Shown: piece after piece, positions 27,509 to 36,507 of the stretch
Layout of the letters: each line of letters starts with the position of its first letter
How positions within the stretch are numbered: the stretch's first letter is position 1
From: Synechococcales cyanobacterium RM1_1_8
GTDB lineage: Bacteria; Cyanobacteriota; Cyanobacteriia; PCC-9006; JAAUQQ01
Assembly (NCBI GenBank): GCA_012032745.1
Contig: JAAUQQ010000001.1
Location: 1-46,785 of the forward strand
Reading direction: 5' to 3'
DNA length: 46,785 nt
The notes under the pieces: model-generated
Databases searched by the model: none
What the model was told of the DNA's origin: nothing
What the model saw: the letters and a program-made list of their open reading frames with translations, nothing else
Position numbers and translations under genes: made by a program

Positions 27509-28071
27509 CAACTTTCCCAGTGTTGCGAGCCGATCTACAGGCCAACCAAGGCTCTAATACGAAGTCTCGCATCGTCGTTTCGCTGTTCCGATGCGTCCAA
27601 GGTTGTGCGCATTTGTGGGGGGATAGGTCAATTTTCACCCTGGCTGTGCGTGTCATCTATCAATTCATTGTCGAATGGTTCCTGGGCATCGAAATCCCTT
27701 GGAATGCCAAAATTGGGCCGGGTTTGCGCTTGCTCCATGGCGTGGCCCTAGTGGTCAATGCTGAGGCAACCCTGGGCAGCGGCTGCACCCTACGTCATGC
27801 CACAACGATTGGCAACAAAATTCTGGCCGATGGCACAGCCAGTGGCTCACCCCAAATTGGCAACAATGTGGATATTGGCTCGAATGTGACTATTTTGGGT
27901 CCAATTACCATTGGCGATGGTGCTGTCATTGGTGCGGGTGCAGTCGTCACTAAGGATGTCCAGGCCTATACGGTGGTTGTGGGTAATCCTGCCCGGTTGT
28001 TGCGTAAACTCGATCCACCTGCTGAAGATGGGGAATCGTCCCCGCTGGCCTCTGAGCTGATCAGCCTCTGA
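27505..28071 (+). CDS. Hexapeptide-repeat O-acetyltransferase (serine acetyltransferase/WcaB-like)
   Basis: 188 aa with a left-handed beta-helix: IGPGLRLLHGVALVVNAEATLGSGCTLRHATTIGN...IGNNVDIGSNVTILGPITIGDGAVIGAGAVVTKDV. The start overlaps the wzy stop (ATGA at 27505-27508), suggesting translational coupling. Confidence 0.85.
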   Translation: MTTFPVLRADLQANQGSNTKSRIVVSLFRCVQGCAHLWGDRSIFTLAVRVIYQFIVEWFLGIEIPWNAKIGPGLRLLHGVALVVNAEATLGSGCTLRHATTIGNKILADGTASGSPQIGNNVDIGSNVTILGPITIGDGAVIGAGAVVTKDVQAYTVVVGNPARLLRKLDPPAEDGESSPLASELISL

Positions 28072-28121
28072 ACCGATCTACATCGGGCGATCGCCCTGGG
28101 CAACAACACAGGAGAACAACA

Positions 28122-29282
28122 ATGGCATCCCAGCGCTCCAAAGCCAAACGCCTCTACCTGGCCTTGTTCCTACTCACGAGCTTGGGGCTGAGCCTGTTTT
28201 GGGCTTGGGGCCTTTGGGGCCAGTCATTTGGTCTGGGCAATCATGCCCTAAGCACTAATACCCCCGCAGTGATGGGCCGGGATCCCTGGCTTTGGCCCTT
28301 TACCTCCAATTCGATCTGGAACCACCCCATTGGCAGCCAGGCCAACTACCATCCCGCCCAGCTTCCGAAGGCAAACGTGGTTAGCACGGATCCCGACTTG
28401 CTGTTTGTGATTCCCCGGGATAGCCCTGCGCGCCTCCTCTACGATCCCGGCAGTTGGCTGAAGCGTTGTAGTGGGACAACGACCTATGAGAACCTCTCAA
28501 TTCAAATCCCCGATGGCCTGATCGTGCCCGATGCGGTGAATGAGCCCGGTCGCTATGAAACGCCCAACAATGCAGCGGCCCTGCTCCAGCCCGATGGCCG
28601 CACCATCCTTCAGCTAGAGCCCATGGCCCGCTGCGATCCCCAGGGACCGGTCTATGGCTACCGATGGCCGAAGCAAAATGTGGATCTCTATGGCGATGGC
28701 ATTCCAGGGAGCCACCTCGGCTCTGGGCTCTCTGCCCTGGGGGGAGCCATTCGCAAAGGTGAGCTGTTGTCGAAGGAGCCGATTCGCCATGCCCTCAAGC
28801 TGGAGTTTTGGGGGAAGTATCTCCACTACGATGCGAAGCGCGAAACCCCTGGATATCGCTGGCCAGCGGATCGCGCCGATGGCCAAGCGGCTTCGATCTA
28901 TGAAGGCTCTGACCCAGAGCTGGTGATGGGATCATTAATGGCGATTCCCCCTGCTACTTCCATCGCATCGCTCGGGCTGAAAACGGATGCAGGTCGAAAA
29001 ATAGCTGAGGCGCTGCGGGATTTTGGCGGATATGTTGTGGATTCGACGGGCTGGGATGCCCATGCGATCGCGATCGAAGCAGGCGTCGAACAGGAGCTTC
29101 AGCGGGCCAGCGGCTACGGCCTCAGTGGTAACGCGTCTAACCCGACAAAGTTCTATGGGGACTTTAACCGGATTGTCCAAGCATTGGCGATCGTCACGGA
29201 TAACCGGCCCGAGCAGCCCGGCGGTGCAGGCACTCCGCGAACAGATCTAGCGCCGCCGCTGCCGTCGCCGCCACCTTCCTAG
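28122..29282 (+). CDS. Hypothetical membrane-anchored or secreted protein of the polysaccharide island (function unknown)
   Basis: 386 aa. An SD sequence aggag lies 7 nt upstream. The N-terminal anchor is KRLYLALFLLTSLGLSLFWAWGLWG, followed by a soluble domain of about 320 aa and a Pro-rich tail. No family recognised from memory. Confidence 0.6.
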   Translation: MASQRSKAKRLYLALFLLTSLGLSLFWAWGLWGQSFGLGNHALSTNTPAVMGRDPWLWPFTSNSIWNHPIGSQANYHPAQLPKANVVSTDPDLLFVIPRDSPARLLYDPGSWLKRCSGTTTYENLSIQIPDGLIVPDAVNEPGRYETPNNAAALLQPDGRTILQLEPMARCDPQGPVYGYRWPKQNVDLYGDGIPGSHLGSGLSALGGAIRKGELLSKEPIRHALKLEFWGKYLHYDAKRETPGYRWPADRADGQAASIYEGSDPELVMGSLMAIPPATSIASLGLKTDAGRKIAEALRDFGGYVVDSTGWDAHAIAIEAGVEQELQRASGYGLSGNASNPTKFYGDFNRIVQALAIVTDNRPEQPGGAGTPRTDLAPPLPSPPPS

Positions 29283-29513
29283 CACTGGCTGGTGAAATTC
29301 CTAGGCTTAACTCCCAGGCTGAACTGGCGAAGACCATTTATCAGCTCAGCCCATTAGACGGACTCAAAACGAGTCCAGGGCTTCTAACCATAAACTTTCT
29401 AGCGATGAACTATTGTATCTGTATTCAATAGAACGATATTTAACTCTCCGATGGAGGTAGACTCTAGGAGGTCGCCAGAGTCTCATTTTATACGAATTAC
29501 TTAACACCTTATT

Positions 29514-30440
29514 ATGGTTTCTATACCCGTCAAGACTAGCCCAGCCCTTGAAGATACGTTTTACTACGCTGCCGGGATTGGATTTTTAGCACTGGCCAAG
29601 TTGAAGCATTTGCTCAATGGTTACTCCACACCCAAGCCAATCCCCAACTCTGACTATGGTCAATGCGTTGATTATGACATCACCACCGTAGACCACTGGC
29701 TATCCCACCTGGCTCAATATTGTCCAGCACAATCCTCGATCAAGGGGAAAAAGATCTTGGAGCTGGGCCCTGGTGCGGACCTGGGAATTGCGCTTTACCT
29801 CCTCGCCCTGGGGGCTGAGCAATACAATGCCCTAGATGTTCACAATTTGGTTGAGCGGGTTTCGCCACAATTCTATGACCAGTTATTTGAACGGTTACAG
29901 CGTCAGGATGGGCTCGAATTTTCATCCTCGGAACTGAGAGAAGCCTTAGAAAAAGCGACGTCAAGAGCAGGACATCGGCTCAACTACGTCTGTCGGGAGG
30001 ATTTTGACATTGCCGCTAGTTTTGAGCCTGGCTCCCTTGATTTGGTATTTAGCCAAGCCGCTTTTGAACATTTTGACGATGTCGATCGCATGGCCCAACA
30101 ACTGGGGGAGGTGGTCAAGCCAGGCGGCATGTTAATCGCAGAGGTGGACTTGATGACCCATTCCCGCTGGATTCGGGAGAAGGATCCCAACAATATCTAT
30201 CGCTATAACGATGGTCTCTACAACCTTTTTTACTTCAAAGGAATTCCCAACCGAGTCCGGCCTAATTTCTATCGCGAGTGTCTGCTCAAGCATGGCTGGA
30301 AAGAGGTCTTGCTCAAGCCCCTGGAATGCCTATCGGAGCCCCAGGCTGGGCGGCTGTCCCAAAGCTGGAGTCCTAAGTTCAGAGGAGCTGAGCACCAGAT
30401 GGAATGCCTGACATTCATGCTTTGTGCCACTAAAGCTTAG
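29514..30440 (+). CDS. Class I SAM-dependent methyltransferase
   Basis: 308 aa. Motif I is KILELGPGADLGIALYLLALGA. The post-I acidic residue is in YNALDV, and motif II/III is DLVFSQAAFEHF...VKPGGMLI. Confidence 0.8.
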   Translation: MVSIPVKTSPALEDTFYYAAGIGFLALAKLKHLLNGYSTPKPIPNSDYGQCVDYDITTVDHWLSHLAQYCPAQSSIKGKKILELGPGADLGIALYLLALGAEQYNALDVHNLVERVSPQFYDQLFERLQRQDGLEFSSSELREALEKATSRAGHRLNYVCREDFDIAASFEPGSLDLVFSQAAFEHFDDVDRMAQQLGEVVKPGGMLIAEVDLMTHSRWIREKDPNNIYRYNDGLYNLFYFKGIPNRVRPNFYRECLLKHGWKEVLLKPLECLSEPQAGRLSQSWSPKFRGAEHQMECLTFMLCATKA

Positions 30441-30526
30441 CTTGGTTGATTGGTCTCTCCCAGGGCTCTGGCGGGCCTGGGCTCTGGCGGGCGATCGCAA
30501 AACCATCCCATCCACCAACCCATCGT

Positions 30527-30560
30527 GCAGTGAATCCTAGCCTAGGTTAGGATTCACTGC
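30527..30560 (+). terminator. Perfect 13-bp hairpin downstream of the methyltransferase gene (terminator-like, no T-run)
   Basis: gcagtgaatccta (30527-30539) pairs with taggattcactgc (30548-30560). The 8-nt loop contains cctagg. Confidence 0.35.
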
Positions 30561-30765
30561 GTAGCGCAAAGCATGATCATGTCCAGGGATAGTTCAGTAT
30601 TGTGGCAAATGTCAAGATTGATCCAAGTGATGTACGATAGACTGCCGGTCTAGACAATGATGTTACGCTGGAGGGCTAGGCTTTTTTCTGCAACGACAGT
30701 GAGTCGCATCACCATCACAGAGAATGTAATCACTATGGCATTTTCCCTAACTCAGAATCTACAGC

Positions 30766-32082
30766 GTGATTAGTTTGCTCTCAGAGAAGCTCAAGCAACT
30801 TAGAACAAATAAGTTTGCTCAAAACATCGGCTGGTTGGGTTCGGCGGAGCTCGTCCAGAGAGTCGCGCGCCTGGGTACAACAATCACACTGGCGCGAACG
30901 TTTACGACTGCTGACTATGGGATGGTTTCTGCCATCTACACCGTGTTTGAGTTTTCCCTAGCGTTTACGATGACGGAGGGAATTACAGCAAAAGTCATTC
31001 AGGCCAGTGATGAGGAGTTGGAGCAGACTTGCAGAACCTCCTTTTGGGTGGGCTGCATTCTTTTCGTCTCGCTGGCTATCCTACAGTGCCTTTTAGCCTA
31101 CCCCATCTCTCAATTTTACAATGCCAAAGAGCTGCTTTGGCCCATCTGTTTTCTCAGCCTGATCTTTCTGGTCTGCCCACTGTACGTGGTTCAGGAGGCT
31201 TTGATTGCGCGGGAAAACCGGCTGGAGATCAGGGCGAGGGCTCAGTCAATTCAGGCGATCGCCAGCAATCTAATTATTATCGGTTCAGCGTTACTGGGGT
31301 TTGGCGTTTGGGCAATCGTTCTTTCGATGGTCCTAACCCATCCCATTTGGATTGTGGTGATGCATCGCAACCATCCTTGGCGTCCGACCGGAGGCATTAC
31401 CCTGGAAGGTGGCCGGTCGATCGTTGGGTTTGGAGTCCAGCTTCTAGGCGTCAATCTCCTAGATCGTCTTCGCTTTAATATTGATTACCTTTTGATTGGT
31501 CGTTTCCTAGGGCTAGAAGCACTAGGCCTATATTTCTTTGCCTTCAATGCAGGTTTAGGAATTAGTCAAACCATTATTTGGTCCCTGTCTGCGGCTTGGT
31601 ATCCCCATTTCTGTGAGGTTCGAACTGAGTTAGGCAAGCTCAGGAACCGTTACCTCGGCAGCTTTAAAACGATAGCTCTAGTGATGCTACCCCTCGTTCT
31701 TCTCCAAACGACCCTATCTCCCATTTATGTTCCCATTGTGTTTGGAAAGGAATGGCTGCCTGCACTGCCAGTCCTGATTTTGATTTGCTTTTCTGCCCTA
31801 CCCACTGCCCTGGCGCGATCTACTTCCCAGGTTTTGAGGGCCATGGACAAGCCAGCGATTGATCTGGTCTGGAGCTTGTGCTTTACCTCCATATTTGCGG
31901 CTGGCATTTGGGGGCTCCTGCAGCTAAACCAGTCCGGTCGCTTTGATTCGTTGGCCGGCCTCAGCCAGCTAGATCCTGGTCTCATTGTTGTGGCAACAAT
32001 GGTGCTCTCAAGCCAGCTTTTGGCCGTGCCGATTTTCTCAGCTTGGGTTTTAAAAACGTTCCTTCCTGCCCGAAATCCATAA
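30766..32082 (+). CDS. wzx: Wzx-like oligosaccharide flippase (MOP/polysaccharide biosynthesis protein family)
   Basis: 438 aa with a GTG start and about 12 TM segments. The N-terminus NIGWLGSAELVQRVARLGTTITLARTFTTADYGMVSAI matches the usual Wzx/RfbX pattern. Confidence 0.8.
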   Translation: MISLLSEKLKQLRTNKFAQNIGWLGSAELVQRVARLGTTITLARTFTTADYGMVSAIYTVFEFSLAFTMTEGITAKVIQASDEELEQTCRTSFWVGCILFVSLAILQCLLAYPISQFYNAKELLWPICFLSLIFLVCPLYVVQEALIARENRLEIRARAQSIQAIASNLIIIGSALLGFGVWAIVLSMVLTHPIWIVVMHRNHPWRPTGGITLEGGRSIVGFGVQLLGVNLLDRLRFNIDYLLIGRFLGLEALGLYFFAFNAGLGISQTIIWSLSAAWYPHFCEVRTELGKLRNRYLGSFKTIALVMLPLVLLQTTLSPIYVPIVFGKEWLPALPVLILICFSALPTALARSTSQVLRAMDKPAIDLVWSLCFTSIFAAGIWGLLQLNQSGRFDSLAGLSQLDPGLIVVATMVLSSQLLAVPIFSAWVLKTFLPARNP

Positions 32083-32417
32083 GTTGCTGATGATCTCAAG
32101 CATTGCCCTCAGGACTGTTGTTCTGGCTGAGAGAATGTTTGAGAATTTCGCCAAAGCCAGCGTTCACTACGACCCAATAGGTTAGACCATGCCTGTTTTT
32201 TTAAGCAAAAGTAAGGACTACGGGAACCATCGGCTACAGCCAAATCCATCCTCAAATATCCTCTAATGCCCTGTTCGTGCCATAAAATAAGAATGTGACT
32301 ATTTTGTGGTGGGATACCCGCAATCTCAGTTAGTAAGCCATCACTACAGTCTTTGCAAATAAAATTATTGCTTTGCGATGAATTGTCTAAATAAGACTTA
32401 ATTAAAAGGACAAATTT

Positions 32418-33368
32418 ATGCCCAAAGTCTCTATCATCATTCCAGCCTATAACGCCTTAGAATACCTTCCCCAGGCGCTGGCAAGCGTTGACAACCAGGG
32501 CTTCAATGATTTTGAGGTCATTATTATCAACGACGGTAGCTCAGATGGAATTGAGGAGTGGTTTAAACAGCATATTCAGGATGCAAAGTACCGACTCATT
32601 ACCCAAACAAACCAGGGCATTTCCGGTGCTCGCAACCGAGGCGTGCAAGCATCCCAGGGTGACTATATCGCCTTTCTGGATGCAGATGATATGTGGGCTC
32701 CCAGTAAGCTGGAGCAACAGGTGGCCTGCCTCGATCACAATCCAACGACAGCCTTGGTCCACACCTGGCTGGCCATGGTTGATGTGACAGGCAAAGCGAC
32801 CGGGCGTGTCTTGCAATCCCAAGCCCAGGGGCAGGTCTATGAATCACTGCTGCTGCAAAACGATGTGGCCTGTGCTTCGGTCATGGTTCGCCGCCATTGT
32901 TTTGAGCAGGTTGGAGAGTTCGATCGCGATTTGCTTTCCATGGAAGACTGGGACATGTGGATTCGCATGGCTCAGCACTACCAGTTTGCCGTAATTCCCG
33001 AGGCGCTGACCTTCTATCGCCAGGTACCGACCAGCTTGACCAAGGACTGTCGCCAAATGGAACGAGCTTTTGACCTCGTGATTGAAAAGAGTTTTCAGGC
33101 GGCCCCAGCGGCCCTGAAGGGCCTGCGGCCCTTGACCTGTGGCTATGCCAACTTCTGTCTGGCTTGGAAAGCGTTGCAAAGTGTAGCCCAGGATGCCCGC
33201 TTAGCCTCCCACTATCACCTCAAGGGTCTGCGCGCTGCGCCAAAGCTGTTGTTCTCTCGCGAAAATCTGCGCTTGTCCCTAGCCATTGCCATGATGGCGA
33301 CCCTGGGCGGAAATGGCTATGACCAAGCCTTGGACTATGTGAATGGATTACGCCGCCGTACTGCGTAA
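32418..33368 (+). CDS. Glycosyltransferase family 2 (GT-A)
   Basis: 316 aa. Motifs: VSIIIPAYNALEYLPQALASVDNQGFNDFEVIIINDGSSDG, FLDADD (DxD), and MEDWDMWIRM (ED motif). Confidence 0.9.
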   Translation: MPKVSIIIPAYNALEYLPQALASVDNQGFNDFEVIIINDGSSDGIEEWFKQHIQDAKYRLITQTNQGISGARNRGVQASQGDYIAFLDADDMWAPSKLEQQVACLDHNPTTALVHTWLAMVDVTGKATGRVLQSQAQGQVYESLLLQNDVACASVMVRRHCFEQVGEFDRDLLSMEDWDMWIRMAQHYQFAVIPEALTFYRQVPTSLTKDCRQMERAFDLVIEKSFQAAPAALKGLRPLTCGYANFCLAWKALQSVAQDARLASHYHLKGLRAAPKLLFSRENLRLSLAIAMMATLGGNGYDQALDYVNGLRRRTA

Positions 33369-33694
33369 TCTGTGTCTTTCTGTCTAGCCTGGACAGCAGC
33401 AATGCAGGTCATTTCGAGCTCAGACCCACGCCATCCACACATTCGTGCGATTGACCGTAAACCTTGGTCTCGCCAAATGTTCAGGAATGGATACAAGTGT
33501 AAGGTTCTATGAACCGGAAGGCAGTAGCTTGTAGCCTTGAGCCACAATGGGTCTCAAGGCCCTAGGGGCTGAGCTGTTCGATCTCGTTTTGCAGGGGTTC
33601 CATTCCGCCCAACCGCTAGCTTATATGGTGTGAGGCATGTTTAGAGCAGCGATTTCCGGTTCTTGATCCGCTCCTTTGTCCGCTATGAGGCTAT

Positions 33695-34309
33695 TTGGCT
33701 ATGAGACTTGCTCGCCGCACCGTACCGCCAGAAGCTGAAACCAAAACTCGCATTTTGAAAGCAGCTCAGCAGCTATTTTCTCGCCATGGCTATGACGGCA
33801 CCACGACTCGCGATCTAGCCCAATCCGCTGGGGTTGCTGAGGGAACTCTGTTTCGCCATTTCCCCAACAAGAAAGCCATCTTGGTGGAGCTCTCAACGGA
33901 GGGCTGGATCGAGATTCTGACGGATCTGCTGACTGAGCTGAGCGAAATGAGTAGCTATCGCGCGGTGGAAGAGGTGATGCGTAAGCGCATCAAGCATCTC
34001 AGCGAAAATACTGACTTGATGCGGGTTTGCCTGATGGAGACCCAGTTTCACCCGGAGCTGCAAGAGCGGATTCAGCGGGATGTGCTCGATAAGATGATGG
34101 TCGTGTCTGAAGCCTTTTTCCAGACGGCCATCGATCGCGGCATCTACCGGCCCATTAACCCCAAGGTCATTGCTCGGATTTTCCTTGGTATGTTTATGGT
34201 GGCGGGCTTTAGCGAAGTGGCTGTGCTGGAGGCGAATCCTTCTCCCCAGATTCTGCAGGACATGGCTGAGGGGCTGTCGGATATCTTTTTGAATGGCGTT
34301 CTGGCCTAG
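33695..34309 (+). CDS. TetR/AcrR-family transcriptional regulator
   Basis: 204 aa. The N-terminal HTH is TKTRILKAAQQLFSRHGYDGTTTRDLAQSAGVAEGTLFRHFPNKKAIL. The start may be the ATG at 33701 rather than the TTG at 33695. Confidence 0.9.
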   Translation: MAMRLARRTVPPEAETKTRILKAAQQLFSRHGYDGTTTRDLAQSAGVAEGTLFRHFPNKKAILVELSTEGWIEILTDLLTELSEMSSYRAVEEVMRKRIKHLSENTDLMRVCLMETQFHPELQERIQRDVLDKMMVVSEAFFQTAIDRGIYRPINPKVIARIFLGMFMVAGFSEVAVLEANPSPQILQDMAEGLSDIFLNGVLA

Positions 34310-34348
34310 GAAGAGCGTCAAGGAGCGATGAGCGCCTTGGAAATCGAA

Positions 34349-34389
34349 ACAGCAAAGCCCTGAGGCGATTAACTCCAGGGCTTTGCTGT
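34349..34389. terminator. 14-bp perfect hairpin between the convergent tetR-like gene and mraY
   Basis: acagcaaagccctg (34349-34362) pairs with cagggctttgctgt (34376-34389), with a 13-nt loop. There is no clean T-run on either side, so this is terminator-like only. Confidence 0.4.
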
Positions 34390-34486
34390 GGGTTGCTTCG
34401 GTTGTGTGGCTTGTTGGGCTGTGTGGCTTGTTTCTTGGCTTGTCTGCCTGCGGAGTTGAAGAAAATAAATCAGCGTAAACAGCCAG

Positions 34487-35611
34487 CTAGTGGATGAAGT
34501 AGCAAAGCACCGCTAGGAGCAGGCCAACACCGTAGAAGGTCGCAACGACCTGGGTTTCTGGCCAGCCGCTGAGCTCCAGGTGGTGGTGGAGCGGGGCCAT
34601 CTTGAACAGGCGCTTGCCGATGCCATCGGGGCCTTTTGTGGCTTTGTAGTACCCGACTTGGGCAATCACAGAGAGGGATTCGGCCAGGAAGAGGCCGCCC
34701 AGGAGTAATAGCACCCAGAGCAGGTTGCCAATTAGGGCGATCGCCGCAAGCGCTCCCCCCAGGGCCAGGGAGCCGGTATCGCCCATGAAGACGCGGGCCG
34801 GGTTGCGGTTGTGGATCAAAAAGCCCAGGTAACTGCCAGCCGTGGCCGCCGCGAAGGTCATGAGTTCGGGGAACTGCACTGCGCCCGCGCTGTTGGGCAG
34901 ACCCAGAAACGCACCGAGGCCGAGGAGGGCGATCGCCCCCGTACCCGCCGCTAAACCATCGACCCCATCGGTGAGGTTGGTTGCATTGCTTTCGGCCATC
35001 ATGACAAACAAAGCGAGGGGCCAAAACAGCAACCCCAGGGGCAGCAGTATGTTGAAGGGCAAAGACACTGAGGTCACCGCCTCCCAACCCAAGTCCGAGC
35101 CGAAGGCCAGCCACAGGCAGAACAAAATTCCAAATCCAAGCTGTAGAAGCAGCTTGAGGCGAGGCGAGATGCCTTTGTTGGAGCGATAGCGCAGGATTTG
35201 CCAGTCATCCAGCCAGCCAACCAACCCAAAGGCGAGGGTGAGGCCTGCGGCGGCGGTGGCAGCGGGTGCGAAGCCAGTGGCCAGGAGAGAATAGAGCACC
35301 GCCACGGGAACAATAAAAATACCGCCCATGGTCGGCGTGCCCGCCTTCTTGAGATGGGCCTTGGGACCATCTTCACGAATGTACTGACCTGCCTTTAAGT
35401 TGCGTAGAATGGGAATGACCCAGTAACCGGCAATGCCTGAGAGCAGCGCGCAGCTCACTAGCGGAAAGAATAGGCTGGTTGGGCTGGTGGGCAGGCGGCC
35501 CGCTGCCACATCTAAACCCAAGGCCGAGAAGGTCAACCCCGAAGCCAAGGCCCACAGAAGCTTACTGCCGGTCAGGCTCGGCGCTTCTGCCAAGTATTTT
35601 GCGTCCACCAC
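34487..35611 (-). CDS. mraY: Phospho-N-acetylmuramoyl-pentapeptide transferase
   Basis: 374 aa with a GTG start. Motifs: KAGTPTMGGIFIV, NATNLTDGVDGLAAG, and VFMGDTGSLALGGAL. Confidence 0.95.
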   Translation of the reverse strand: MVDAKYLAEAPSLTGSKLLWALASGLTFSALGLDVAAGRLPTSPTSLFFPLVSCALLSGIAGYWVIPILRNLKAGQYIREDGPKAHLKKAGTPTMGGIFIVPVAVLYSLLATGFAPAATAAAGLTLAFGLVGWLDDWQILRYRSNKGISPRLKLLLQLGFGILFCLWLAFGSDLGWEAVTSVSLPFNILLPLGLLFWPLALFVMMAESNATNLTDGVDGLAAGTGAIALLGLGAFLGLPNSAGAVQFPELMTFAAATAGSYLGFLIHNRNPARVFMGDTGSLALGGALAAIALIGNLLWVLLLLGGLFLAESLSVIAQVGYYKATKGPDGIGKRLFKMAPLHHHLELSGWPETQVVATFYGVGLLLAVLCYFIH

Positions 35612-35958
35612 TCGATGTTTTCCTCTTCACCACAACATGGATCACTAGGGGATTCAGCCCCAACCGGGGGTTATCCGACAGTGTGACCAAAATTATCGCA
35701 AAACCTCGGGTTTGTCAGCATACCAGCCAACATTCCTAGCCGGGGGACGGGGCAACCTGGCCTAGAGGAGCAAAAAAAGCTACTCGGATGCGACTCCGAT
35801 AACGGCTGATTGGGCGGAGCGGCTTTGGGGTTTGGCTGGGTTAGATGGCCTTGAAGGGCAAATCAATGCAGGGCAAACAGAGACCAGTTCGGGAGCTTTC
35901 GATATCAACTGTTGTGTCTATGCTGACCTGCCTCCACCGGACCGCTAACCTACGGTCC

Positions 35959-36016
35959 CGCCGTTAATTGGTCACGCCATTAATTGGTCACGCCATTAAT
36001 TGGTCACGCCGTTAAT
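35959..36016. repeat. 16-bp tandem repeat x3.5 (ttaattggtcacgccR) abutting the stop codon of the DUF3134-like gene
   Basis: Units are at 35964-35979, 35980-35995 and 35996-36011, with a partial fourth unit at 36012-36020. The partial unit contains the TAA stop (minus strand) and the last codons of the gene. Confidence 0.9.
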
Positions 36017-36245
36017 CGTCGTCATCGAAACCATCATCGTCCTCTTCATCGAACTTGCCATCATCGACGCCCATTAGGGCTGCGATTTCCTCTTCCTCTG
36101 CATCCAGCAGCTTGCTGTCATCGCTTTCGCGGGCAATCAGGCGGCCACTTTTTTCGAGCCATTCCAGGATAGAGGGCTCGCCAGCGGAGGGGAGGACCGG
36201 CGCTTGCTGATAGCGGGGCTCGGAACGTAAAGACGGATTTTCCAT
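36012..36245 (-). CDS. Small acidic protein, DUF3134-like (cyanobacterial conserved hypothetical)
   Basis: Internal ATG at 36245 gives 77 aa: MENPSLRSEPRYQQAPVLPSAGEPSILEWLEKSGRLIARESDDSKLLDAEEEEIAALMGVDDGKFDEEDDDGFDDDD. As I recall it, this pattern matches DUF3134. The longer track ORF (to 36641) adds a Pro/Ser/Arg-rich extension that does not look like protein. Confidence 0.55.
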   Translation of the reverse strand: MENPSLRSEPRYQQAPVLPSAGEPSILEWLEKSGRLIARESDDSKLLDAEEEEIAALMGVDDGKFDEEDDDGFDDDD

Positions 36246-36507
36246 CGTAGGCCTATTTTTTCTGCGGGAACTTAAGTCGTTGAGCTGCGAAGGGATGTCT
36301 TGGGAGAGGTCCGGTTGAGGGCGATCTGGCCCAGACTGGACAAATCCGCTGGCAGCCCTTCTAAATTTGGACAGTTGTTCCATCATAGTGGAAAACCCCT
36401 GCTGCAAAGGTCGGGGCTTGGGTGTTGCTGGGGGCGAGAGTCTGGGGCTGTGTTCCTGGCCAGCGACCCAGTCTCCCTGGACAAATGTTGTTTTGTAGAG
36501 TGTTTCC

